From: Planctomycetota bacterium
GTDB taxonomy: Bacteria; Planctomycetota; UBA8108; SXIK01
Reading direction: 5' to 3'
Length of the DNA: 64,000 nt
Assembly: GCA_965223265.1 (NCBI GenBank)
Contig: OZ244999.1
Location: forward strand, 5,248,001 to 5,312,000
Shown: positions 49,462 to 58,559 of the stretch, in pieces
Position numbering within the stretch: the stretch's first letter is position 1
How the letters are laid out: each line of letters starts with the position of its first letter
Made by a program: the position numbers and the translations under genes
The notes under the pieces: model-generated
What the model saw: only the letters and a program-made list of their open reading frames with translations
Told to the model about the DNA's origin: nothing
Databases searched by the model: none

Positions 49462-50766
49462 CTACGGTAGCGGATCGTCGTTTGGATCGGTCGCGTCTCC
49501 GAGTTGGACAGTACCCGGAGGCGCAAGCAACTTGACGGTGCGAACTCTGCCTTCGTCGAGTTCGGCATCGGGTTCGTCGTCGGTATTCTGCGGCTGAACG
49601 CGCCACCAACGCTGCCATACCGCCTTGCTGCGCAGATGGGTTTGCCGAGTCAGTCGCTGAAGTGCGCGCGTCGCGTCGCGCTCCAGCTGAGCGTCATCGA
49701 GGAGTTGAATCAGAAAGGGAATCGCGCGTTCGTCGCCGTGGCGTGCTACGGCGAACATCGACGCACGTCGGATTTCCTTCTCTCGGCTATCGACGAGTTG
49801 CCGTAGGACGAAATCTTGAGCACTCTCGACGTCGCACCGACCGAGTGCGCCGATCACGGCAACTCGAACATTGATGCGACCGTCTGTCGAAAAAATATCG
49901 ATCAAGGCTCCCACGTCGCGCCCGCGTGCGAAGATTCCCAGCTGCGTGATGAGGACAGTCCGCAAGTCGAGAAGGCGGGAAGTTTCAGCGCGTCGCCGGA
50001 TGAGATCGCCGAGTTCCCGCGTGCGTCGTGGCTCAACGCGCCTGAGGGCGCGCAGCACCAGGTCAGAGTGCGCGCTTCTCGACACCACCAACCGAATCAG
50101 CCGATCCCATGTCTTGACATCGCCGCTCTTAGCTGCCGCGATGAACGCGGCGACCTGACCGTCGCGCCGCGCCACGTCCAGCAACACCTCCGCGGCTGCC
50201 CCATCATCGAAGGCGGCAAGAGCGTTTAGGATACTCGGTGGGCATGGCCTGACTCGCTGAGCCGCTTTCGTGAGAGCTGACAGCACGCCAGAGGTCGAAC
50301 CTGCCGCCCGTGTGGCGACGGGCGTGAGGATGTCAATGAGTTCAACGCGCTCTGTCGAACCGAGAGCGGTAAGCACCGCGGCAGCATCTTCTGCCGCAGT
50401 CTCTTCCAATTGCCTCAAGATCAGGTCCTGCTTGCCTTCGAGGCGAGCGCGCGCCGCCCGCAGCTCTCGGACCTCAAGCGGTGGTGGCTGCTCGTTCAGT
50501 TCGTCTTGACGGCGAAACGGCCAAGCCGCCTCGATCTGTCGGTCGACGGACGCCATCTGATCGAGCGAGGCGACCAGTTTCTTCAGCAGGGCAGGAGCCG
50601 CAGCGGCGTTCGCGGTGGACGACAGCCGCTCGCGCGCCACAGCAGGCACATGGGCGACCATCAGAAGGCATACAAGCACGATCCGACTCGGCGACCCAAG
50701 TCTCTGCAGGAGGTTCGGTAACTTCTTACGGCACACGTCAAGACCCTCGAGATGTCGCGGTTTCAC
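49462..50766 (-). CDS. Exported HEAT-repeat protein (cassette copy A)
   Basis: Signal-like segment; HEAT-like VRVAVIGALG and AIPFLIQLL; ALQRLT...WQRWW tail. Paralogue of 53694-55013. Start uncertain. Confidence 0.75.
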   Translation of the reverse strand: MKPRHLEGLDVCRKKLPNLLQRLGSPSRIVLVCLLMVAHVPAVARERLSSTANAAAAPALLKKLVASLDQMASVDRQIEAAWPFRRQDELNEQPPPLEVRELRAARARLEGKQDLILRQLEETAAEDAAAVLTALGSTERVELIDILTPVATRAAGSTSGVLSALTKAAQRVRPCPPSILNALAAFDDGAAAEVLLDVARRDGQVAAFIAAAKSGDVKTWDRLIRLVVSRSAHSDLVLRALRRVEPRRTRELGDLIRRRAETSRLLDLRTVLITQLGIFARGRDVGALIDIFSTDGRINVRVAVIGALGRCDVESAQDFVLRQLVDSREKEIRRASMFAVARHGDERAIPFLIQLLDDAQLERDATRALQRLTRQTHLRSKAVWQRWWRVQPQNTDDEPDAELDEGRVRTVKLLAPPGTVQLGDATDPNDDPLP

Positions 50767-50784
50767 TTGCCGACGGACCAGCGG

Positions 50785-52200
50785 TTAGAGGTCACGGCTG
50801 CCCACGACTTCCTTGCGCGATTCCGGCAGAAACGGCTCGATCAAGCCGCCAGGGGCAAAGAGCGCGTTCGAGTAGAACACCCGAAAATCGTCGTAAAACC
50901 GCATATTGATCGTCGCGCTATCTAGACTGACCTCACCGCCTGATTGAACGCTGTCTTCGCCCATGAGCGCACCGACGATGGTCGTACTCGACCCGGATGA
51001 CGACTCGATGTTCGGCGTCCAGCCAGCGACAAGGACGAGGCCGGTCCATTCAAAAGTTCCGTCGACGAACAGGTCGGCTCGAGTCGACGGAGTGTTGTCG
51101 GTATCAACGTTCGGATCATAGTCATCACGGATAAGCAGCACGCCGGTGCCTTTGAACGTTTGCCCGGCGGGCACACGCAGTCCTCCGGTGACGATCGTCA
51201 CACCTGGTGTGCTGAGGTCGCCGAACGTGCCACTGTGATCGCCGTCGCTCAGTAGCGTCGTGCCAGCAGCGCCGCTGAAGGTGTTCCAAATGTCGTGAGC
51301 GAACATCTGAACGTCGGGGATGGTCGAATCGACCGGGTAGGGATAGTCAGGTGAGGTCTGATCTGATGTGTCGAAGTAGCTACTTGTCGGCGGCGGCGTA
51401 ACGTTCACCGTCGGATCGTAACCTGTGCCGCCGGAATTCGTGAACCAGGCCTCCACATTGCGCTGCCCGATCGGGTTCTGCGAACCCCAAATCTTGTAGG
51501 GGTGCGGGTTCGAGGTTGCCGGCGTCGGAGAACCGCCGCTATAGAGGTAGTCGTACGGGTAGTCAAGCGCACTCGTTTGAAACGGTATCGAGCTGTCCTG
51601 CCATGAGGTTTCATCTCCAGAGGCAATCACTCCCCACGTACTCGGGTCTGAGGGGTCTGATCCACCGCTCCAGTCGAATCCCCCGAGTGGCTTTTGCACC
51701 CCGCCGTTACCAAAAAACAGAGGCGTTTCCGGGACAAACCTGCGCCCCTTGACCACCACCTCGACGCCTTGTACGAGGTAGCCACTTGGATCCCACGAAA
51801 CGTGTTCTGGCGAAACCGTGGAACCGCTCACCGTCGCAGCTACGGCAACCCGCCCCCAAGATCGAATCGTGTTGGTACGCGTCGTTGCGTCGAAAGTCGT
51901 GGTGTAAAAGTACTCGCCACCATCAAACGTCACCCAAGTCGCGTTCGCACCGCCGCCCGACTGGGGCGTGACGATGCCGGCTTGCTTGATGCGAACGAGG
52001 GCGTGCGCCGCACCCGACTCGGCGATCTGCCGGGCCGAGAACACCTCCAGCTGCGCCACCTGGGCGATGCTTTGCTCGCGTGTCATGTTGAGACTGACGA
52101 CTGACAGCATGAGTAGCCCGAGCGCCATCACGGCGACGAGAATCAGAGCCACACCATCGCGGCGATCGAGACAGCCAACGTGTCGTATGTCGTTTTGCAT
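50785..52200 (-). CDS. PilX/GspK-like large minor pilin (copy A)
   Basis: RRDG|VALILV class III signal without Glu5; A..IAESG...A motif; acidic beta-rich C-terminus. Confidence 0.8.
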   Translation of the reverse strand: MQNDIRHVGCLDRRDGVALILVAVMALGLLMLSVVSLNMTREQSIAQVAQLEVFSARQIAESGAAHALVRIKQAGIVTPQSGGGANATWVTFDGGEYFYTTTFDATTRTNTIRSWGRVAVAATVSGSTVSPEHVSWDPSGYLVQGVEVVVKGRRFVPETPLFFGNGGVQKPLGGFDWSGGSDPSDPSTWGVIASGDETSWQDSSIPFQTSALDYPYDYLYSGGSPTPATSNPHPYKIWGSQNPIGQRNVEAWFTNSGGTGYDPTVNVTPPPTSSYFDTSDQTSPDYPYPVDSTIPDVQMFAHDIWNTFSGAAGTTLLSDGDHSGTFGDLSTPGVTIVTGGLRVPAGQTFKGTGVLLIRDDYDPNVDTDNTPSTRADLFVDGTFEWTGLVLVAGWTPNIESSSGSSTTIVGALMGEDSVQSGGEVSLDSATINMRFYDDFRVFYSNALFAPGGLIEPFLPESRKEVVGSRDL

Positions 52201-52229
52201 GGTTCGTCCACCGAATTGTGTCGCTTCGG

Positions 52230-52772
52230 TCAGTCAGTCGTTTTAGTCACCAGGCGCCGCAGTGTCTGGGTACGCGTCGCGCCGCGGTCGTCGACGTACG
52301 TGAGCGTCAAGAGCACCGGGATGAGCTGGAGATCCTGGCCCTTGGAAGCGTTGCCAAGGTCGTCGCTCGCGTCGCCGTCAAAATTCAGGTCCTGAGGACC
52401 ACCAAAATCCGCTGGCACCGACGCTTCGTTCGCGAAGATGGAGACAGCGATCTGACCGCTGTTGAGATCATTCACGGCAAACGACTTGGCGTGGTAGCGA
52501 TCATACACTTCTGCGACTCCGACATTCAGAGTGCCGTCGTTCGGGTAGTTCGCACTGTCTTGAATATCCGCAACAAGACACCGCAGCGAGTTCAGGCCGC
52601 GGTACACTCTGAACGAGTCGCGGCGATGCTCGATCCCCCTGCCAAGGGTCATCGACACCGCAACGCTGAGGGCAACAAAGATGGCGATCGACATCGCCAT
52701 CTCGACGAGAGTCAACCCCTCGCATCTCGCTCTGACTTTTCGGCAACCAGACATCTGTTTGAAGTCCCTCAT
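52230..52772 (-). CDS. PilV-like minor pilin (copy A)
   Basis: CEG|LTLVEMAMSIAIF prepilin cleavage/methylation motif. Confidence 0.82.
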   Translation of the reverse strand: MRDFKQMSGCRKVRARCEGLTLVEMAMSIAIFVALSVAVSMTLGRGIEHRRDSFRVYRGLNSLRCLVADIQDSANYPNDGTLNVGVAEVYDRYHAKSFAVNDLNSGQIAVSIFANEASVPADFGGPQDLNFDGDASDDLGNASKGQDLQLIPVLLTLTYVDDRGATRTQTLRRLVTKTTD

Positions 52773-53461
52773 TGTCGGAGCGAGATACGTTCGGTCAGAA
52801 CGACATCGTCGTCAAAAACAAAGTCTCCGTCGGGCCCCATAGCGTTGAGGCGCAGAGTCACCGACAACAAGCGCCCAGTGGGAGCCGGCGTCACACTCAG
52901 CGTGAACATTTCCCCGCTACGCGGACGAAACTCAGCCGGTACGAGCAGTTCGACCGCGGGCACACCACCCGCTATGCTCACCTGCGTGTTATCGTCGATG
53001 GTTCCGAGGGTCCCGTCCGGACCGCTCGCCGCCGCGTGAATGGCATCGAGAGACGGTCCCCTGCCGACGATGATCCCTGCATTGGGGTTGTCGCCGCCGT
53101 CCGGGCCGTAGATGTAGACACGGGCGTTGTCGTCGTACGTCGCCTCGCCAGTCACAGCGTCGATCGAGGCCAAGAGCCGAAAGCGCACGGCATGGGAGTT
53201 CACACCACTGGTCGCCTTGAGAGGCGAGTAGCCCGCGTCCGAGGTCAGCGCCTGTGACCCAAGGCGGACGATGCGCTCCATCGCTCGCTGCGCTCGCATC
53301 GAGAGCACCGAGGCGATCTGGTTCTCAACGAACGCGCGCTGCGACCAAATCATCGCCGAGACAGCGCCGCCGATGAAGACGCCAAGAACGGCTAAACTGA
53401 CGGAAACTTCGATCAGGCTGAAGCCGCGCTGTCTGTCTGTGAGTCGATCGTTCTGGTCCAA
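52769..53461 (-). CDS. PilW/PulJ-like minor pilin (copy A)
   Basis: QRG|FSLIEVSVSLAVL motif; ATGA overlap with the next gene. Confidence 0.85.
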   Translation of the reverse strand: MDQNDRLTDRQRGFSLIEVSVSLAVLGVFIGGAVSAMIWSQRAFVENQIASVLSMRAQRAMERIVRLGSQALTSDAGYSPLKATSGVNSHAVRFRLLASIDAVTGEATYDDNARVYIYGPDGGDNPNAGIIVGRGPSLDAIHAAASGPDGTLGTIDDNTQVSIAGGVPAVELLVPAEFRPRSGEMFTLSVTPAPTGRLLSVTLRLNAMGPDGDFVFDDDVVLTERISLRQ

Positions 53462-53693
53462 GTGTCACTCTCCCATCGAACCCTGTATTAGGGCTTCCGC
53501 AAGAAGAGTGACATCTCTACGACGATTCGACGAATTGCCGGTTATCGGACTCGGTCAGTCCACCGATCGTGCGCCGCGTCCTCCACGCCCATACCGCCCC
53601 CACCCACGTACAGGCGATCGCGCATGGCCTTGAAGCGCTTCTCCTTTGAAACCATGGACGCGGTCCCCCGACGGCACTCACAGTCTCGACGAT

Positions 53694-55013
53694 TCAGTTC
53701 GATGGCTCAGTGGTATCCGGCACATCATTGACGATGTTATCGACGTTGGGGGCAAGGTCCGGGTCATCGATATCGGGGTCGTCGGCAACTCCGGCAGCCC
53801 CGGGCTGCACCCGCCACCAGCGAAGCCATGATGCTTTTCCGGGCCCTAGAGCCTGCCCAGTAACGCGCTTGAGTGCCGCTTGTGCGGCGCGGCTGACCTG
53901 AGGAACATCGAGATAGTCGATGAGGAGCGGAACAGCCGCAGAGTCCATTGTCGAGCCCAAGGCGTGGACGAGCGCAAGTCTGAGGTCGTCAGTGCGAGCG
54001 CGGGACAGTTGATCGATGAGAAACGCGATCTCGAGCGACCCGAGTCGCCCCAACGCTCCCGCGCAAGCGGCCTTCACGATCGTTCGCTCCGAGCGAACGA
54101 AAAAATCCTTGAAGAAGGCGGCCCGGCCACCGTTGACGAACAGCCCCAATTGCGTCACTAGCGCGGCGCGCACACGATCTGAGGAGACGGTTGCAATGTG
54201 AGATTCAAGAGCGCTCTCCAGAGACGCTGTACGCTGCGGCTCAATCCTTTCGATGGCACTCATCGCCAAAGAAGCGTCACGCCCGCCGGAGTCAGCAAGG
54301 GCGACGAGCCGTGCCCAAACGGCAGCGTCACCGGTGCGCCCGGCTGCGACGAGGCATGAGAGGCTGCGGTCTCGGAGACCGACATCGAAGAGGAGCAACC
54401 CTGCCGGCTCGGTCCCCACTGAAGTGAGACTCTTGACCAGCACCGGTGGGCACGGCGCGAGACTCTCCGCAAGGCCGGCGAGCGCTTCAAACGCTCGCGG
54501 GTCTTTCTTGGCGGCCGTCGCAACGATCGGCAGGATCGCCTCGACGAGAGCGAAATCACCGTCGGCGCGGGCCGTCCTCAAGAGAACGGTCGCGTCGAGT
54601 TCACTCTCGACAGCAATTCTTCCAACGATTGCGTCACGCTGCGCCTCGAGACGTACACTCTTGGCCTCCAACTCGACGACCGCAGCAGGTGGCGGCCGCT
54701 CATTCGCCAGATCCTCCTCCTGAGTCGGCCAGATGTCCTCTTGCTTCTTGCGCATCGCGGCCAGTTGACTCAACACGCCGCGCAGTTCGCCGAGAGACGA
54801 TGCCACTTTCGCGTTCGCCCACATTCTTTCTGGTGCCGCAGCCCGCACCTCGGGCTCGAGCCCATCATTGGCCAATATCAATGGCGCGTGGGTCGCCGCG
54901 AAAAGGATCGTCACCGCCAGTCGCCGCCGCCAAGCATCGTCGCGGATGCATACATTCGTCGTCACGGGAAATCGCTCTAGAGTCAACTCACACCTCGCAC
55001 CAAAGCCGAACAC
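53694..55013 (-). CDS. Exported HEAT-repeat protein (cassette copy B)
   Basis: HEAT-like LRLALVHALG and AVPLLIDYL; ALKRVTG...WLRWW tail. Shares the WP...NE.PPP..V.EL motif with copy A. Confidence 0.75.
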   Translation of the reverse strand: MFGFGARCELTLERFPVTTNVCIRDDAWRRRLAVTILFAATHAPLILANDGLEPEVRAAAPERMWANAKVASSLGELRGVLSQLAAMRKKQEDIWPTQEEDLANERPPPAAVVELEAKSVRLEAQRDAIVGRIAVESELDATVLLRTARADGDFALVEAILPIVATAAKKDPRAFEALAGLAESLAPCPPVLVKSLTSVGTEPAGLLLFDVGLRDRSLSCLVAAGRTGDAAVWARLVALADSGGRDASLAMSAIERIEPQRTASLESALESHIATVSSDRVRAALVTQLGLFVNGGRAAFFKDFFVRSERTIVKAACAGALGRLGSLEIAFLIDQLSRARTDDLRLALVHALGSTMDSAAVPLLIDYLDVPQVSRAAQAALKRVTGQALGPGKASWLRWWRVQPGAAGVADDPDIDDPDLAPNVDNIVNDVPDTTEPSN

Positions 55014-55090
55014 CTCGAGTGAGGCGTCCGGAAAACTCGGTTGCAGAGCAAAGGATGACGATATCGCGCCTGCCCGCGATCCGACCAGCG

Positions 55091-56497
55091 TCAGATCTTA
55101 CGACTACCGACCACCTCCTTCTTCACTCCTGGAAGAAACGGATGAATGATCCCACCCGAAGTGAACAAACTGTTGGAATAGAGAACACGGAATTGGTCGC
55201 GCAACTTCATGATGATCGTGGCGCTATCGAGGCTGATCTCGCCTCCGGACTGAACACTGTCCTCGCCGAAGAGCGCTCCGACGATGGTCGAGCTGGATCC
55301 ATTCTGGGTTTCGATCGTCGGCGCCCATCCCGCGATCACCACCAAACCGGTCCACTCAAGATTTCCACTGATGTTGACGTACGCCTTCCGATTCGGTCGA
55401 TTGTTGGTGTCGACGTTCGGATCGTAGTCGTCTCGAATGACAAGGATTCCGGCACCGCGAAACGTCTGGCCCGCCGGCACGAGAAGACTTCCCGTTACGA
55501 ACGTCACTCCCGGGTCGCTGAGATCGCCATACGTACCGCTGTGATTGCCGCTCGTGAGCAAAGTGGCGTCTGGATCGTCGTGGTACGTGTTCCAGAGTTC
55601 ATGGGCGAACGTCTGAACGTCAGGAATCTCTGGATCGATCGGGTATGGGTAGTCAGGAGAAAGGTTGTCGCTCGTATCAAAGTAGCTGCTTGTCGGCGGC
55701 GGGCTCAGGTTGACGGTCGGGTCGTTCCCGGCGCCGGCCGAATTCTGAAACCATGACTCGATGTTGTGCTGACCGATGAGGTTCTGCGACGCCCAAAGCT
55801 TGAAAGGATGTGGGTTCGACGTCGCGGGAACCGGCGTTCCTCCGTTGGTCAAAAAATCGACGGGATGGTCGAGTGCGCTCGCCTCGAACGGAATCGATGA
55901 CGTTTGCCACGAGGAAGGGTTCGAAGTCACACTTCCCCATGTGGACGGGTCGTTTGGGTCCGCCCCGCCGGTCCAAGCAAAACCTCCAAGCGGCCGCTCG
56001 ATACCACCGTTGCCGAAAAAGAGGGGGGTTTCCGGAATGAACTTCCTCGCCTTAACAACGAGTTCGACGCCTTGGACTAGATATCCGCTCGGATCCCACG
56101 CCGGATCGTCTGGAGCCACAGTGCTGCCACTCACCACCGCGTCGGCCGCGACGCGCCCCCACGAGCGAATGGTGCTCGTCTGATTGGGCGCGTCGAAGAG
56201 CGTGTAGTAAAGAAACTCACCGTTTGAGAAACCGAGCCAGCTTGGGTCCGTTCCAGAGCCCGAAAACGGCGCCACTACTCCTGCTTCCTTGATCCGTGCG
56301 AGAGCCTGCGCGGCACCTGACTCCGCGATCATGCGCGCCGAAAAAGCCTCGCGCTGCACCACCTGCGTGACGCGATGCTCTCGCGTCATGTCCAGGCTCA
56401 CCACCGAGAGCACCAAGAAACCCAGCGCGGTCACCAACACCAAAATCAGTGTGACCCCGGCCTGCGGTCGGAGTTCTTCTTTCCTTACGCGATGCAT
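55091..56497 (-). CDS. PilX/GspK-like large minor pilin (copy B)
   Basis: GGAGGT RBS, ATG at 56497, QAG|VTLILV. Long identical blocks with copy A (WDPSGYLVQGVE, GEDSVQSGGE.SLDSATI). Confidence 0.82.
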   Translation of the reverse strand: MHRVRKEELRPQAGVTLILVLVTALGFLVLSVVSLDMTREHRVTQVVQREAFSARMIAESGAAQALARIKEAGVVAPFSGSGTDPSWLGFSNGEFLYYTLFDAPNQTSTIRSWGRVAADAVVSGSTVAPDDPAWDPSGYLVQGVELVVKARKFIPETPLFFGNGGIERPLGGFAWTGGADPNDPSTWGSVTSNPSSWQTSSIPFEASALDHPVDFLTNGGTPVPATSNPHPFKLWASQNLIGQHNIESWFQNSAGAGNDPTVNLSPPPTSSYFDTSDNLSPDYPYPIDPEIPDVQTFAHELWNTYHDDPDATLLTSGNHSGTYGDLSDPGVTFVTGSLLVPAGQTFRGAGILVIRDDYDPNVDTNNRPNRKAYVNISGNLEWTGLVVIAGWAPTIETQNGSSSTIVGALFGEDSVQSGGEISLDSATIIMKLRDQFRVLYSNSLFTSGGIIHPFLPGVKKEVVGSRKI

Positions 56498-56580
56498 CGG
56501 GCACCTCCGTAGCGCCGTACGAGCCGGCGGGGGGTTTGCAATGAAACAAAAGAGAACAGCGTCTCCGCGCTCGCCCATAG

Positions 56581-56757
56581 CAGCCTGTTGAAAGAGTGCT
56601 TCGAGTCGAAAACTGGTCGCTTCGCGTCCAGATCGGCCGCGGCGAACGTAGGTAATCTCCGAGCCCTCTTCCATGAGACATAACGGCGAGGCTCGCCGCG
56701 GTCGATCTGGGCGTGAAGAGGCCAGTTTCTCGGCCGAATGACTTTTTCAACGGGCTG
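56581..56757. mobile_element. Palindromic MITE-like element A
   Basis: Ends cagcctgttgaaagagt / actttttcaacgggctg. Inverted symmetry extends ~65 bp inward. Flanked by TAG / TTAG. No coding capacity. Confidence 0.75.
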
Positions 56758-56758
56758 T

Positions 56759-57018
56759 TAGCTCGAGTTTGGCCATTTCGCGTCGAGCCTGGGAACGCCA
56801 GGAGCGTCGAGGCCAAGGAGCGACGACAACGCGATCCTGCTGCGATCGTGGCGGAGGAGCGACGCAGGCATCGGCGCTCCTGGCGTTCCCCGAAGGGCCG
56901 GACAGGAGTTTTTGAACATGCACAAGGGTTCTCAGGGTACGAAAAAGTCGAAAGGGCCTTCGAATTCCCGCGAAACTCGTCCGGCCAGGCCGGCGCGAAA
57001 TGGCCAAACTCGAGGCTA
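56759..57018. mobile_element. MITE-like element B
   Basis: ~33-bp terminal inverted repeats (tagc(c)tcgagtttggccatttcgcg...) and an internal 20-bp inverted repeat (56791-56810 / 56871-56890). Partial copies at ~5500 and ~45880. Confidence 0.75.
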
Positions 57019-57042
57019 GGCGATTCAAGATCCAATGCTCAC

Positions 57043-57606
57043 TCAGTCTGTCGTTCTCGCGATCAACCGATAGGCGACAACGGACTGCGAAAACCCGGCG
57101 TCGTCGTACGTCAAGGTGAGACTCAGAGGCACCAGCCGAAGATCAGTGCCGTTCGACTGGTTGCCGAGATCGTCGTCTGCATCGCCATCGTAGTTGAGGT
57201 CTTGGGGGCCGCCGAGCTCGACGGGAACGGCTTGCTCGTTGGCAAAACAAGCGAGCGCAACCGACGCCGCCGACAATCCTGGGACAGTCAGTGTCTGTCC
57301 GTGATAGCGACCATAAACCTCGGCGATGCCCTCTTGAAGTGTTGCGTTGTGTGGTAAGTTCGCGACCTCCTGGATTTCGGCTACGACGTCGCGAATCGCG
57401 CTGACAGCACGATAGGCTTGGAACGAGCTACGGCGGTGCTCGATGCCTCGCCCGAGTGTCATCGACACGGAAAGGACCACGGCGAGAAAGACGCCGGCGG
57501 AGACGACGATCTCGAGAAGCGCCAACCCCGCGAATGATCGCGATCGAATCGACAGCTGTAAGTCTCTTGCGGACGATCTCATCGACATACTTGCCTCGCT
57601 TTTCAC
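57043..57606 (-). CDS. PilV-like minor pilin (copy B)
   Basis: FAG|LALLEIVVS. Shares SMTLGRGIEHRR and GGPQDLN.DGDA.DDLGN with copy A. Confidence 0.82.
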   Translation of the reverse strand: MKSEASMSMRSSARDLQLSIRSRSFAGLALLEIVVSAGVFLAVVLSVSMTLGRGIEHRRSSFQAYRAVSAIRDVVAEIQEVANLPHNATLQEGIAEVYGRYHGQTLTVPGLSAASVALACFANEQAVPVELGGPQDLNYDGDADDDLGNQSNGTDLRLVPLSLTLTYDDAGFSQSVVAYRLIARTTD

Positions 57607-58286
57607 TGTCTGAGCGCCACGCGTTCGGTCAACACGATGTCGTCCTCGAGCAGAAAGACGCCGTCGACCCCCCGGGCGTTGAGACGAATCGTCAGCTCGA
57701 TCAATCGACCGGTCGGCGGTGGCGTGACGTCAATGCTGAGCATGGCCCCAACGCGTGGCGCGAAATCGCTCGGCACGAGAAGCTCTACCGCTGGCACGCC
57801 GCTGGAAAGGACAACTCGCGTGTCGTCGTCGGTCGTCCCGAGCAGGCCGTCCGACCCGGCGGCCGCAGCGTGAATGCTGTCAAGCGTTGGACCACGCCCG
57901 ATGAGAATGCCGCTGCTTGGGTTCGACCCCGAATCACTGCCGTAGACATACACGCGTCCGACGTCGTCGAATACGGGTTCTCCGGTGACGACATCGACGG
58001 ACTGCACCAGTCGAAATCGAAGCGCGTGAGAGTCGACGCCGGTCGCCGGCTTGAGCGGCGTGTAGGCCAGGTCGGAGGTGACCGCCTGGCTCGCGAGGTC
58101 GACAATCCGCTCGAGCGCTTTTTGGGCGCGAAGCGCCAGGACGGACGTCATCTGACTTTGCGCCATAGCGCGCTGCGTCGAGATGAGCGCCGTGACAGCC
58201 GTCGCCGTGAACACACCTAGGACGCTCAGACTGATGACCGATTCGAGAAGCGTCAGTCCTCGGAGGCGCGAGTCGCGAGATCTCAT
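57603..58286 (-). CDS. PilW/PulJ-like minor pilin (copy B)
   Basis: LRG|LTLLESVISLSVL; paralogue of 52769-53461. Confidence 0.85.
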   Translation of the reverse strand: MRSRDSRLRGLTLLESVISLSVLGVFTATAVTALISTQRAMAQSQMTSVLALRAQKALERIVDLASQAVTSDLAYTPLKPATGVDSHALRFRLVQSVDVVTGEPVFDDVGRVYVYGSDSGSNPSSGILIGRGPTLDSIHAAAAGSDGLLGTTDDDTRVVLSSGVPAVELLVPSDFAPRVGAMLSIDVTPPPTGRLIELTIRLNARGVDGVFLLEDDIVLTERVALRQ

Positions 58287-58559
58287 CGCACGAACCTGAT
58301 AGCAGCCGCTGTTGGAAGGCAAGGAACACGCGTCTGCCCGGTCATTCCCCAAACAAGTCAGCCATCAAATTACCGGAAGGGCAAATCGCAGCCGTCAGGC
58401 CCGCCGTCAGAGACACGCATCGCAACTCACCGCGCGGCATACTCTTAGAGTCTGAGCGCACCGATTCCGAACTCGACCCCAAATGGCGCTTCTGCCGTCG
58501 ACAGCAGGAGTTAGAAGAATCTCAGCAATCACCACGATCGCCGCACACGCGGAGTGCGC

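Noticed and set aside
56498-56674. N-terminal extension of the PilX-like ORF to 56674 and ORFs across 56217-57357
   Set aside because: These run through the MITE sequence. The paralogue and the GGAGGT RBS support the start at 56497.
53462-58400. Shared CCGGYAATT motif upstream of both pilin cassettes
   Set aside because: Only 9 bp and two instances, with no matching second element; not distinguishable from chance.
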